From the NCBI RefSeq assembly GCF_963921235.1, contig NC_086097.1, positions 32,862,001 to 32,926,000 on the forward strand: DNA of 64,000 bases, given 5' to 3'. Positions within the stretch are counted from its first letter, which is position 1. Each line of letters starts with the position of its first letter. Source of the stretch: Mobula hypostoma. Its lineage: Eukaryota. Below, piece after piece: positions 23,560 to 35,099 of this stretch. The notes beneath the pieces were generated by a model. That model ran no database searches and was not told the DNA's origin. It was given only the letters and a program-made list of their open reading frames with translations. A program made the translations under genes and the position numbers.

Positions 23560-24515
23560 TTCAAATATCAGAATCATATTTATTATCACTGATGTCTTTT
23601 TGTAGTACAGTGCAAGACAAAAAACTACAAGCTGCACAATAAATGAACCATGCAAAAAAGGAATAATGAGGCAATGCTCATGTGCCATTCAGAAATGTGA
23701 TGGTGGAGGGGGAGAAACTGTTCCTGAATGATTGAGTGTGGGTCTTCAGGACCCCTGTACCTGTTCCCCAATGGGAGTAATGGGAAGAGGAAATGCCCGA
23801 ATAGCGAGAGCCCTCTGTTAATGCCTTCTTGAGGCACGACATCTTGAAGATATCCTAAATGGTGGGGAGGATTGCGCACATGGCTGATGCACAACACTCT
23901 GCAGCCTCTTGTGATCCCCTGCATCGGAGCCTCCATACCAAACTGTGATGCACCAGTCAGAATGCTCTCTACATCTGAAGAAATTTTCAAGAATCTTTGG
24001 TGACATCTCCTCAAACTCCTAATGAAGCATAGTAGCTGGTGTGCCTTCTTCATGATCGTCTATCCCAGCATGTGAAGACAGACTCCGGTGGATTGAGCGG
24101 ACGAGACCAATGGGAGGTCCAACGGTCAAGAAGGTAGTCTCTGCAAGCGTCGTGGAATGTGTAGAGCAGGACAAGACACAGAAGACGTCCTGGTCATCCA
24201 CTGCGCCTAGTCCCATCTCCAACTGTCTCAACTCTGCCACTGGATCCAGATGGGAATTGGGAAGAAAGAGTGAGGCAGATGCTGCGCAACTCTCCCTCAC
24301 TTAAATCCAAATCACGCGCTAGTCTCGACACCATCATAATGGTGTCGAGGTCCTCATTGACAACAATGGACGAACACCATCAACGTGTTGGGCGCAGGAT
24401 AGGTTCTAGCAGATGTTGATTCTCAGGAACTTGAAGCTGCTCACCCTTTGCACCACTGAACCCTCAATGAGGACTGGTGTGTGTCTCCCTTCCTGAAGTC
24501 CACAATCAGCTCCCT
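23560..24515 (-). mobile_element. Rex1/Babar-like LINE 3' fragment
   Basis: KKAHQLLCFIRSLRR, ESILTG, CITVWYG motifs in ORFs 23625-24053 and 23818-24006. Confidence 0.72.
24055..24378 (+). mobile_element. Short insertion, probably an RTE-related non-autonomous retroposon
   Basis: Interrupts the Rex1-like fragment; 3' hairpin CTCGACACCAT-cata-ATGGTGTCGAG; the end resembles the RTE 3' end at 47035. Confidence 0.45.
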
Positions 24516-24846
24516 ATGGATCCACATCCCTTTGTGTGGATCCAGTCATCCTTCTCCAGAGATAGCACTGCAACACCCTCTTGCCCTTATACTGGCACCA
24601 CCTGCCCATTACATCCTCAGCACAATATACAAGTTTGAATCACTTTCGACACATATGCCAGTGACATTCAGCTCACCAGGGAAATCTCAGAGTGGCTATG
24701 ATATGGAAGCAGAATTAGGCCATTTGACCCATTGAGTCTGCTTCACCATTCCATCATGGCTGATTTATTATCCCTCTCAACCCCATTCTCCTTCCTTCTC
24801 CCTGTAACCTTTGACGCCCTTACAAATCAAAAGCATATCAACTTAT

Positions 24847-25417
24847 AAATAAGAACACCTGCAGATGCTGGAAATCCAAGCAACACACAAAATGTTGGGA
24901 GGAATTTATCAGGCCAGGCAGCGCGCAAGGAAAATAGTGCAGTGGATGTTTCAGGCCTAGACCCTTTAGCAGGATTGGAGAAAAAAAGATGAATAGATCT
25001 CACTGTCAGTGGATGCTGCCATGGATTGACATATTGGGACAGGAATGATCTCATTGCAACTTCTGGTAATAGCCTCCCCCTCCTCCCCTCACCATTCCCC
25101 ATTCCCTTTTCCCTCTTTCACTTTACCTCCCTGCCTGCCCATCACCTCCCTCTGGTGGTCCTCCCCCTTTCTTTCTTCCATGGCCTTCTGTTCTCCATCA
25201 GACTCCCCTTTCTCCAGCTCTGTATCCCTCTTAGCAATCAACTTCCCAGCTCTTTACTTCATCCTTTGCCCTCCTGGTTTCACCCATCACTTTGTTTGTC
25301 TCTCCCTCCCCCACCTTTTATACCTACTTATCTTTTTTTCTCTAATCTTATCGAAGAGTCTTTGCCTGAAACGTTGACTGTACTTTTTTCCCCATAGATG
25401 CTGCCTGGTCTGAGTTC
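24847..25417. mobile_element. Short Penelope-derived element with inverted pseudo-LTR ends
   Basis: 15-bp TSD AGCATATCAACTTAT (24832-24846 / 25418-25432); decayed hammerheads on both strands. Confidence 0.82.
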
Positions 25418-26212
25418 AGCATATCAACTTATGTTTTAAATATACCCAATGACTTGGCCTCCACAGCTGTCTGTGACAATGGATTCCACATTCACCATGC
25501 TCGGGCTGAAGAAGTTCCTCCTCTGTTCTAAAAGGACGCCATTGTATTCAGAGGCCGTGTCCTCTGGGCCTAGATTCTCCCACTATGGGAACCAATCTTC
25601 CCCCTGTCCACTCTATCGAGACCTTTCCATATCCGATAGGTTTCAATGAGGATTCCTCCCTCATTCTTCTAAACTCCAGCAAGGGCCAGAACCATCAAAT
25701 GCCCTTCCTACATTAACCCTTTCATTACAGAGATGATTCTCACGACCCTCATTTTGACCCTGTCCAATGCCAGTATATTCTTTCATGCATAAGGGGGCCT
25801 AAACAGGTCACAATATTCTAAGTGTGGTCTGACCAATGTTTTATAAAGACTCAGTATTACATCCTTACTTTTATATTCAAGTTCTCTTGAAATTAAGTGC
25901 CTACATTGCATTTTACTTCCTCACCACTGACTCAACCCGCAGGTTAACCTTTAAGGAATCCTACACAAGGACTCCCAAGTCTCTTTGCACTTCCAATTTC
26001 AGAATTTGCTCCCCATTTAGAAAATAGCCGACTATTTTATTTCTTCTACCAAACTGTGGTGCACATAGTGCAGTCAGTTCAAATCAGCACTCAACATCAA
26101 CAACCCATTTCTTGATTTTCTCGATGATATGAATCTCACTTTTTTCTGCTGTTGCAAGGAAAGAGTTAAAATTGATTCTTCCTTGATATATGCTAAAATG
26201 TGCAACACAAAA

Positions 26213-26764
26213 TGTACTTTTGTAGAACAAAATGGTGTCAGCTTGGAACGTGGTAATGGCCTGCAGCTGTGCACGGACACATACCCGAGATTAGATACTG
26301 GTGAAGGACGTTTTCCTCATTACAGATCTGAGGTCTTGGTTTCTAATTTGAGTGTCGAGGCTGAAGGTCGCAAGAGATAAGGTTGAGGCTGGCATCACGA
26401 GGAGATAGAAAATTACTGAGATAAAAGTTGTTAGATTCTTGAAGGGTATAAGGAGCAATTTCTTTGTGTGTGGGGGGGGGAATCTTCTCTTAGGCTGGAT
26501 TACAACTAGTGCTAAGAGCTGGAGATAGAGACAGAAACATTTAGGGAGAGGGAGACTGACTGGAACAGCTGTCAGGTACCTGCAGTTTGCGTGGAATGGC
26601 TCAGTGATTGGTTGATAAGTATTATTTTGTCTACTACTTTATTTACCATTTTTCTTTCATTCTGTATTATTTAAATAACTAATAAAGTAATTTCTTACAA
26701 CTTTTAACACATCTAGTGGAGTCACCTTAGTTTGCCAATACCCCTAATGATTCAGAAAAGAACA
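26213..26764 (+). mobile_element. Candidate solo LTR (552 bp)
   Basis: TG...CA ends with 9/11 inverted match (TGTACTTTTGT / AGAAAAGAACA); TATAA at ~26447; AATAAA at 26681; flanks AAAA/AAGA. Confidence 0.5.
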
Positions 26765-27314
26765 AAGAATTAATTTAAAAATATTTTCATTGTAGCCTAA
26801 TGTCACATTGAGCAAGAGATCAGCAGCAACTTTATTTTGGTGTTTTAGCCTACCTCCTTGCTCAAGCTAGCCCCCTTTGATACCTGGGGCTTAACCGTAG
26901 AGCTGACATCAGCTTACAAGTCCCAACTTATTTCAGTTTGCGCACCACTGCTCGTGTCCTGCCCTATCCTTATTGCAGAGTCACACAGCAGGCAACAGGC
27001 CCTTCAGCCCACCGAGTCTGTGCTTTATTCCTACCAAAGCGCATGGCCATACTATATTCTAATTGCCACTTCTTTGCTCATTATCCTAATCTATACAAAT
27101 TATGTTGCAATCTCCCGGCTCTTCCACCTATCTGAATCATTTGCAAACTTGGTCACAAAGCCATCAATTCTATCATCCAGATACAACTTGGAAAGTAGCA
27201 GTCCCAACATCAACCCCTGCAGAACACCATTAGTCAGCCAGTAACCATCCTCAGAAGGCCCTCTCGACTCCAACTTTTTGCCTCCTGTCAGTCAGCCAAT
27301 CTTCTGTTGATGCT

Positions 27315-27945
27315 ACACACACAAAATGCTGGAGGAACTCAGCAGGTCAGGTAGCATTTATGGAAAAGAGTAAACAGTCGATGTTTTGGGCCGAGACTCT
27401 TCCCATTGCGACATGTCAGTCCATGGCCTCCTCTACTGCCTCAATGAGGCCACACTCAGATTGAAGGAGTAACACCTTATATTCCAACTGGGTAGCCTCC
27501 AACCTGATGGCATAAATCGATTTCTTGAGCTTCCCGTAATGCACCCCCCTTCACCATTCCCATTTTCCTCTCACCTGATCTCCTTACCTGTTCATCATCT
27601 CCCTCTGGTGCTCCTCCCCTTCCCTTTCTTCTATGGCTTTCTGTCCTCTCCTATCAGATGCCCTCTTCTCCAGTTCCTTTATCTTTTTCACCAATAGACT
27701 TCCTAGCTCTTTACTTCACCCACCCCCGCCCTGGTCGCCTACTACCTTGTAATTCTTCCTCAACTGCCCCCCGCCCCGCACAACCTTCTTACACTGATTT
27801 CTCATTTTTTCCTCCAATCCTGATGAAGGGTTTGGCCCAAAATGTCGACTGTTTACTCTTTTCCATAGATGCTGCCTGACCTGCCAAGTTCCTCCAGTAT
27901 TTTGTGTGCGTTGCTCGGATTACCAGCATCAGCAGATTTTCTCAT
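27315..27945 (+). mobile_element. Short Penelope-derived element with inverted pseudo-LTR
   Basis: TTCTGTTGA duplicated at both flanks; GIY-YIG tail remnant; degenerate hammerhead CTGATGAAGGGTTTGGCCCAAAATGTCGACTG near 27820. Confidence 0.8.
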
Positions 27946-28119
27946 TTCTGTTGAAGTATCTTTCCTGTAATACCATGGGGCTCTTATTTAGCAACCTCAT
28001 ATGCAGCACTTTCTGAACATCCAAGTAAGCAACATCCACAGACTCTCCTTTGTCTATCCTGCCTGTTATTTCCTCTAATTCCAAGATTTTCCCTTAAAGG
28101 AACAATGTACTTTACTGTA

Positions 28120-28440
28120 AAGATAAAGATCTTAAAGATTAACTTTGTCATGTGTACATCAAAACATATAGTGAAATGTGTCATTTGCATCAACAACCAA
28201 CACTGTCCTCACAAATTGCCGCCGGGCTTCTGGCGCTAACATAGCATGCCAACAATTTACTAACCTTAATCCACAAGTCTTTGGAATGCGGGAGGAACCT
28301 GGAGCACGAAGAGTAAATCCATGCCGTCACTGGGAGAAGGTACAAACTCCTTACAGACTGCAGTGGGAATTAACCCCAGATCTTATAGCCGTCACATTGT
28401 AAAGCATTGCGTTAACCATTACAGTACGCATGCCACCTCA
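28120..28440 (-). mobile_element. V-SINE-type tRNA SINE
   Basis: Reverse complement of the 11640 SINE architecture. Confidence 0.7.
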
Positions 28441-28834
28441 TGCACTTCCAAGTACTCTGAAACCTCATCCTTAATAATGGACTAACATCTTGCTTGCCAC
28501 CCAAATCAGGCTAACTGATGTATAATCTCTGTCTTTTGCCTCTGTCCCTGCCGAAAGAGTGGAATGACATTTGTGATTTTCCAGTCCTCTGGAACCATTC
28601 CAGAAACTAATGACTCTAAAGATCACAACTAATCTCTTCAGCTGCCTTTTCCAAAGAAAAATGCACCAAACAAATTCTCCAAAGTCTCAGTCAATATTGG
28701 GGAAAATAAAGTCACCCACCACAACTACTCTGATATTGTTACATCTTTCCACAGTCTATGTATCTGCACCTGTCTCCTGCTGGCTATTGGGAGGCCTGTA
28801 CAATAACCTCAGCACAGTGATTGCACTTTTCATA

Positions 28835-29290
28835 CTCTGAGCTGTGTTTGAACATAGAAAAACTACAGCCAACTGCCAGGTCAGCAGGAAAGGTCATTGG
28901 CTGCAGTCTACCATCACTGCAGGACATGTATGTGTCCACTTTGGTGGGCAGGGCAAATCATTGCAGACACTACCCACCCTGCAAACTGCCTTTTCCAAAT
29001 GTTCCCTTCTAGAATAAGGCTATTAAAATAAAAACTTCATGCCATCTTAAAAGTTTCTTCCCCCAGGCAGTTAACCTGATCAACCATTCTAGTTATCTCC
29101 ACCACCCCCATTACCCCTGTGACCACACTGCAAAAACTTTAGACCACTTTTTAATATTGTAAATACATATTGGTATTTATGCACATTTTGTTCCACATTA
29201 GTACTTAGTTGAATGTTGTTTATTGTTGCATGTCACATCAACATACCACATTTCTACTACATGAGAACATTTATGGCAAATAAAGTCGAT
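28835..29290 (+). mobile_element. Rex1/Babar-like LINE 3' fragment
   Basis: KLQPTARSAGKVIGCSLPSLQDMY, AT-rich 3' UTR with AATAAA. Confidence 0.65.
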
Positions 29291-31800
29291 CCTCGATAGG
29301 ACAAACCCTACTTTCTAAGTGTCACTGTGACACTGTCCCCCAGCACCATGGCAGTGAAGAAGGTTCAGAACGGAGAGGACACATGAGACAGCAAAGGAGA
29401 GTTGAAGTAACAATGTACATCAGTGAGACCAAGTGCAGGGCACCTGCCCTCTTCTCTGTCCACAGCCACCAACTCAGGCACTCTGATGCATACCATTCCA
29501 ACACTCATTATTCCCTTACCAACCTGTCTCTCGTCAGCCTTCAGCACAGCCATAGAGGCCAAACACAAACTACAGTATCTCATAGTCTAGAATCCAATTG
29601 TATGAACATAGTTTTCCAACTTCAGCTGTCTTCCTCGAACATACTCCCCTTCCCCATCCATGTTGTTACCCACACCCATCACCCTGATTCTCATCTACCT
29701 TGACCTGTGCTATTTTCTCCCTAACCCAGTCTCATTTACAATTATTTATACATCCTCCTACCTGTACCAGTTCCCTCTCCTCCCTCCCCACCTGCCCACT
29801 CGTGTATCCATCTACCTGGGCTTGTTCTACCCATTCCTTCCCTCCCCGACCCCCAGCTGCCCACCATCCTTCCCTCTCTGTACCAGCCATCTTCCCTCTA
29901 CACTCTCAGTCTGAATGCATAACACATCAATCCTCAAAGTGGATGGTCTACAGCAGCAGACATGTAACAAATAAACTTGAATCATTACTACCATCTGTCT
30001 CTTCGCTACCCTCAGGGAAGTGGTATGTGAGCCTGAAGACCCAGTCAACATTTTTGGGAACAACTTCTTCCCCTCTGTCATCAGATTCCTGAACAGTCTA
30101 CCAACACCATCCCACTATTCCTCTTCTGCACGATATACCTTTGTAACTTAAACAGGCCCTTCCTGTCCACTTTTAACCTGGCAATCACCTCAGTTTAAGT
30201 TCAGTTTCTACAACCACTAGTTTTCCAGTTTTTTCCCAATTTCCTCCTGAGCTATTATAAGCTCACTGTAATATTCACCAATGCTTTATTGTACTCTATC
30301 ACCATTCTAAGCTTTTAAAAAAAATTAAAATGCAAGTTTTCCCATACTGCACATTAACTATTTTATCATCCAGGACATGACAGCTTCTCACTGCTAACAC
30401 CAGGGAGGTGGTACAGGAGTCTGAAGACACACGATGTTTTTGAAATAGCTTCTTCCCACTGCTGAAAGATTAATGATCTATGAATGCTACCTTGTTATTT
30501 TGCTCTCTTTGTGCACCAATTATATTTTTAATATATTTCTTATAGTAACATATAGTAATTTTTTCTGTCTTTCACTGTACTGCTGTTGCAAATTACATGC
30601 CATTTGCCAATGATAATACACCTGATTGTGGTTACGTTTCCTGGGATCCGAGTGCACTGGAAAGGCTGGTAAAGACTTCCCTGGAAAAGAGTGAGGGTTG
30701 AGCCACTGGGGCTCTGCAGTCTTCATGGTGAAGGTGCTGCTGGGGAGGGTAAATCAGGGGCAAGGAAAGAGCAGTGATTAAACGTGTGACAGAGGGCAAC
30801 TTGCCAACAAGCCATTCCAGTATGACTAATGCTGCTATGTTCCCTGATGGTAGAGGTTGTGGGGTTTGGAAGGTGCTATTAGTGGTGACTGCCCTGTACT
30901 TTGTGGAGGATACATACTACAATCACAACATGCTGCTGCCAGAAGAAACAAATACTTAAAAGCACTGAAAACCTGAAGGTGTCCTGGAGCTGAACTGTTC
31001 AGTATCTCCTTCCACAGACTCTACTCGACCTGATGAGTAGATCCAACACTTTGTTTTCACCTCAGTATTTTCTTTCCTTTCCTCCTCATTGGAATGTAAG
31101 AGACCTTAAAGGTTGCCTGTTTGCATAAGGCATGCTCTCTCATCCAGACAGCATCCTGGTAAATCTCCTCTAAAGCTTCCACATCTTTCCTAAAATGAGG
31201 CAACCAGAACTGAACACAATATTCGAGTGTTTTACCAGAATTTTAGAAATTACAACCCATTCAAATTAGGTTGTAACCGTCTCTATCAACCTCTACTTTA
31301 AATATACCCAAAGACGGCCTCCACAGCCACCTGTGACAATAATTTCTACAAATTCACCACTCTCTAGCTAAATAATTACCCCCTTATCTGTTCTGAAGGC
31401 ACATCCTTGTATTCTGATACTGGGCTCCTTCACTATGGAAACCACGCCTGTGAAAAGGATTAAAAGCAAAAGGGCGAGGTAAAATAGGACTCTCTCATTA
31501 TTATACTAAAAGAAAAATCAGTCTCAATATTCAGAAAGGAACTGCAACTACACAAGCAGCTCTAAGAATCTGAAGTGCTCTTTTGACAGATTTATTGCAA
31601 ATAGATACAGAGCAAATACCATTCTAAAACGACTTAAGTTGCAGAATTAAACATTTCACCATCTACATTGAGTACCATTGAAAGCAACATTAAGCCCGGA
31701 GTAAAATAAAAAGTTTACCATTTTTTTTAAACACATCGAGTGTGTTTACACGCGCAGCCCTGCGCGAGAATTCAATCTACACTGAACATTAACAAAAATA

Positions 31801-31847
31801 ATCTAACATTCCATGAACTCAATTATCTAACATTCCAAGAACTCAAT
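31801..31847. repeat. 24-bp tandem duplication
   Basis: ATCTAACATTCCA(T/A)GAACTCAAT twice. Confidence 0.85.
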
Positions 31848-32530
31848 CTTTAGTTTTGTAGGACTACTGCATCAATCCAAAAGTTAACAGAGGACACGAA
31901 AAGAGTGAGGTACAGATTTATTTCGGCCATTCTGCATACTATCGACCTTTAGTTCGGTGCGGGCGCGGTAACAGTCAAAAGTGATGCACTTTGCAAAGTC
32001 AAGAAAACAGCAAAAATAGATTGAGACTAATTAGGCTTCTCCCGGTAGAAGCTACTTTCAGATCATCAAGGCAGCTGGGAACAGTTTACTGCATTGCTAT
32101 ACCACAAGAAATACAAAATGGATAAGACTCAATGAAGAGAAAAATACACCAGGCATCAAATAGGCTGCACTCCAAACAGACTTACAACACAGGAGCGTTA
32201 CGTTGCCTCTGATTTACTGCTTGTTATTTTAAGACATGCTTCATTGATAAATTTTCGAACAGCAACATGAACCAACCGAACTGCAAAGGATCAGATAATA
32301 TTTAAAACCAACGAGAAAGCTTGGTTTCAGCCCCAAACAGCTTAAACCTAGTAAGAGGAGACATTGAACTCTCATGTTTGGCATTCAAAACATCCATCCT
32401 ACGGAAATAATGTGCAGTGTTTCATTGACTACGTAGATAGCTCCACTGACCAAACCAATTTACAAATGTACTGGCGGTTTAAGCTATTTAGCAACGGCAT
32501 ATGATTGTAAAGGTGGGACGATGGAGTCAC

Positions 32531-32800
32531 CTTGGGTAGGTAAGGCATGCCTCGAATTCTTTGCACCATCTTCTCTCCTTCGGGGTGGATCTTAGCGACG
32601 TGCTTCCACATCCTGTCCCAGGTGGCCTCATTGACAGGGAGCCCCCCTCGGTTTATATAGAAAGGGACTCCGTCGTGGAATTCCTCGTCACAGTCTTCAT
32701 CCTGATCCACTTCTCTCACTGGATGTCTTTCCACGCTGACAGGACCCACACTGGCTGACCTCCGCCTAACAAAGGAACCATCTCCGTTTCCCCCTGGCAT
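32531..32800 (-). CDS. VASH1: Vasohibin-1 coding exon 1 (90 aa; an in-frame upstream ATG at 32809 would add 3 aa)
   Basis: MPGG...DGVPFYINRGGLPVNEATWDRMWKHVAKIHPEGEKMVQRIRGMPYLPK matches the VASH1 N-terminus; phase-0 donor AAG|GTGACT at 32530. Confidence 0.95.
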
Positions 32801-33129
32801 GGTTAACATTCAAGCTTAAGAAAAATGCTGCCTAACCTTCACTTATTTAAATAATAGCCTTAAAACAGAAGACTATCATGGTTCAGTGCAACGGTACGAA
32901 ACTGTATAAAAATAAGTAAACCAAAAAAGAAGTTGCCCAGAAAAGAGTTTTAAAAATACTGACATTGAAATATTCCTTACAAAATAGCTGAAAACAATTA
33001 AAAGGTCACTCGACTAGGACAAGCAATTTTTATAAAATGCTACAGAAGCTAGTGGTTCAATTACAAATCTGAGGGAGCGGGTCAGCGAAAGATGCAAAGC
33101 CCCTCCATGCCTATCACTACTGGCCCATT

Positions 33130-34210
33130 GTATCCACCCGGCAACCGCGCCCGGGCCCTGGCCCCGCCCACTCCAGGGTTTCTCCTCTTTCCCTTCTCAT
33201 TGGACTAGCGAAGGCAGGAGGCGGTGCCTCCGCGACGCATGCGCAGTCTGTGGCGCCGCTAATCTCCACGGACGATGACGCCCGTACCTGCCCTCTGGCT
33301 CACCCTCCCTCTGTCCCAGTTCACCCTGAACGACGGGAGCCTGAGATGCCGGGACCTTCCCCACCCCCAACTGCTGATTTTTGGGCATTTATTCAACAAA
33401 CAACGGAACCTGTCCCGCGGAAGGGTCCGCTTGTGCAGGCGCACTCCCACTTTGGGGGGGGGGGGAATTTGCGGACTGTCAACATCTGCGACGCTCCAAG
33501 TTTTACACAAGTCTTCAACATGCATCATCAGTTCCAATGCACGATGGGAAATGTATTCAGACTAAAGGCTTTGGAGAATAAAGCGCGTCTCATTCCCAGC
33601 TTATAACTTCACTGACACAAATTTTTGAGCACACAATAAATATCTGGCGTGCCCAGGAGTTTGACGTGCGCATCGGCAGCGCTCGGGAAGGTCTGCTCGG
33701 CGCATGCGTATCAGAAAGCTTTCCTGAACCGCGGAGCAGCTTCAGCGCAGACGCGGTGTGGGGCGGGGCGGGGCGTTCGAGCCGCGGCGCAAGCGCGCTG
33801 CGATTGGCGGGCGGGCTGAGGCTGTTGCAGTTACCAAGGGAGACGGACGAAGCTCTGGAGGGGAGAGAGGCTCCCGATGGATCACCCTTTCAGATAGTGG
33901 TGGCGACAACAAGGAAGGGTGTCTGTGCAGGTAAGGGTGGACGGCAGCATACTCCCACTCCGCCTACTGCGGCTGGTATTTGAAGCTGCCTCTGAGCTCC
34001 TGCTGAAGTTTCGGCAGGCAGGTGAGGAGTCCTTTAGGCCTCGGTAGCGGGCGGGGGAGGGGGGACTCTGCAGAGGGTAAGGGGTGAGGAATGTGTGTGA
34101 GACGACTCTCCGCTACCCACCCCTTGCTCCGACTCCATCCTGCTTCCACGCAGTGCCCAAGATCCAAGAGGACGGGGGATCTCGCCCGCTGCCACCGGAG
34201 TATTGCGCAA
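33130..34210. promoter_or_regulatory. CpG-island promoter of VASH1, probably bidirectional
   Basis: CpG-rich, repeat-free block upstream of exon 1. NRF1-like CGCATGCG at 33236 and 33701, GC boxes at 33161 and 33761-33774, inverted CCAAT at 33803, RFX X-box-like GTTACCAAGGGAGAC at 33830-33844. Confidence 0.8.
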
Positions 34211-35099
34211 TGAAGAATGCCCTGGCAAGGGACGTCAATTACAGCTTTAAATATGTAAGTAGGTCACATTAAACCAACCATGCATATTATCTTTCCCCAT
34301 GATAAACAGGGGCAAATTTAATCTGGGACGCCGAATGCAGGGCAATATTCAGCTTGTCACCTGCCGTGACACATCGTTAAATTTTGTTTGACAATTGTGT
34401 CTGCAAAACTGTTTGGGACGTTTACTGCATGAGGAAACAGAACAGTCAGTTAGCCTTTGGGACTTCTTAGCGACTGCAGAGGCTGAAATTTGGAGCAAAA
34501 ATCAAAATGCCGAAGGAAACTGCAGGCCATGCAGCATCTATAGAGGGGAAAGGGACAGTTCAACTTCTGGTTTGAGACCGTGCTTCAGTGCTGGCATATG
34601 ATGATGTAAGCCCAATCTGGTCAATCTCTCTTCATATGTCAACCACTTCATCCCAAGCTCCAAGTTTATTTATCATGCCTACATTGAAACATACGGTGAA
34701 CTGTATGGATAGCATTAACAGCCAACACACTCAAGGTTGTGCTGGGAGCAGCCTGAAAGTGTTGCCACCCATTCTGGTGTCAGCATAGCATCCCCAGCAT
34801 GCTTGGCAGAACAATACGACAAAAGCAAAACAAGCCTTATTCCTCTCTCCCACCTGTGCTTGTACGCATTCAGCAGAGTTGGATTCGGACCTGGAGACAT
34901 TGGGCTTTGACTTCCCTAGCAGACTCATACGAATTTACACCAGGAAGCAACCTAATGAACTTTCTCTGCCTTTCCTCCAAAGCAAGCTTAACCTTCCTTA
35001 AATATGCAGATCAAAACTTTCTATTTCAACACTTCTTGTAATAAAGATCAGTATTCCATTATCTTTCTTACAAACTTGCTGTGTTCACTACTGGATCTG

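Larger units (their letters stand above)
24690..28110 (-). mobile_element. CR1 LINE broken by several insertions
   Basis: CR1 3' UTR at 24690-24846, resuming at 25418-26053, 27024-27310 and 27946-28110 with RT motifs. Confidence 0.75.

Noticed and set aside
2180..32800. Assignment as VASH2
   Set aside because: The MPGG start, IPIP at exon 2, and CWH / VSHDPHSVEQIEW motifs match VASH1.
33197..34272. Several 60-120 aa ORFs across the CpG island
   Set aside because: Expected in GC-rich DNA; overlapping on both strands, mostly non-ATG starts, no recognisable homology.
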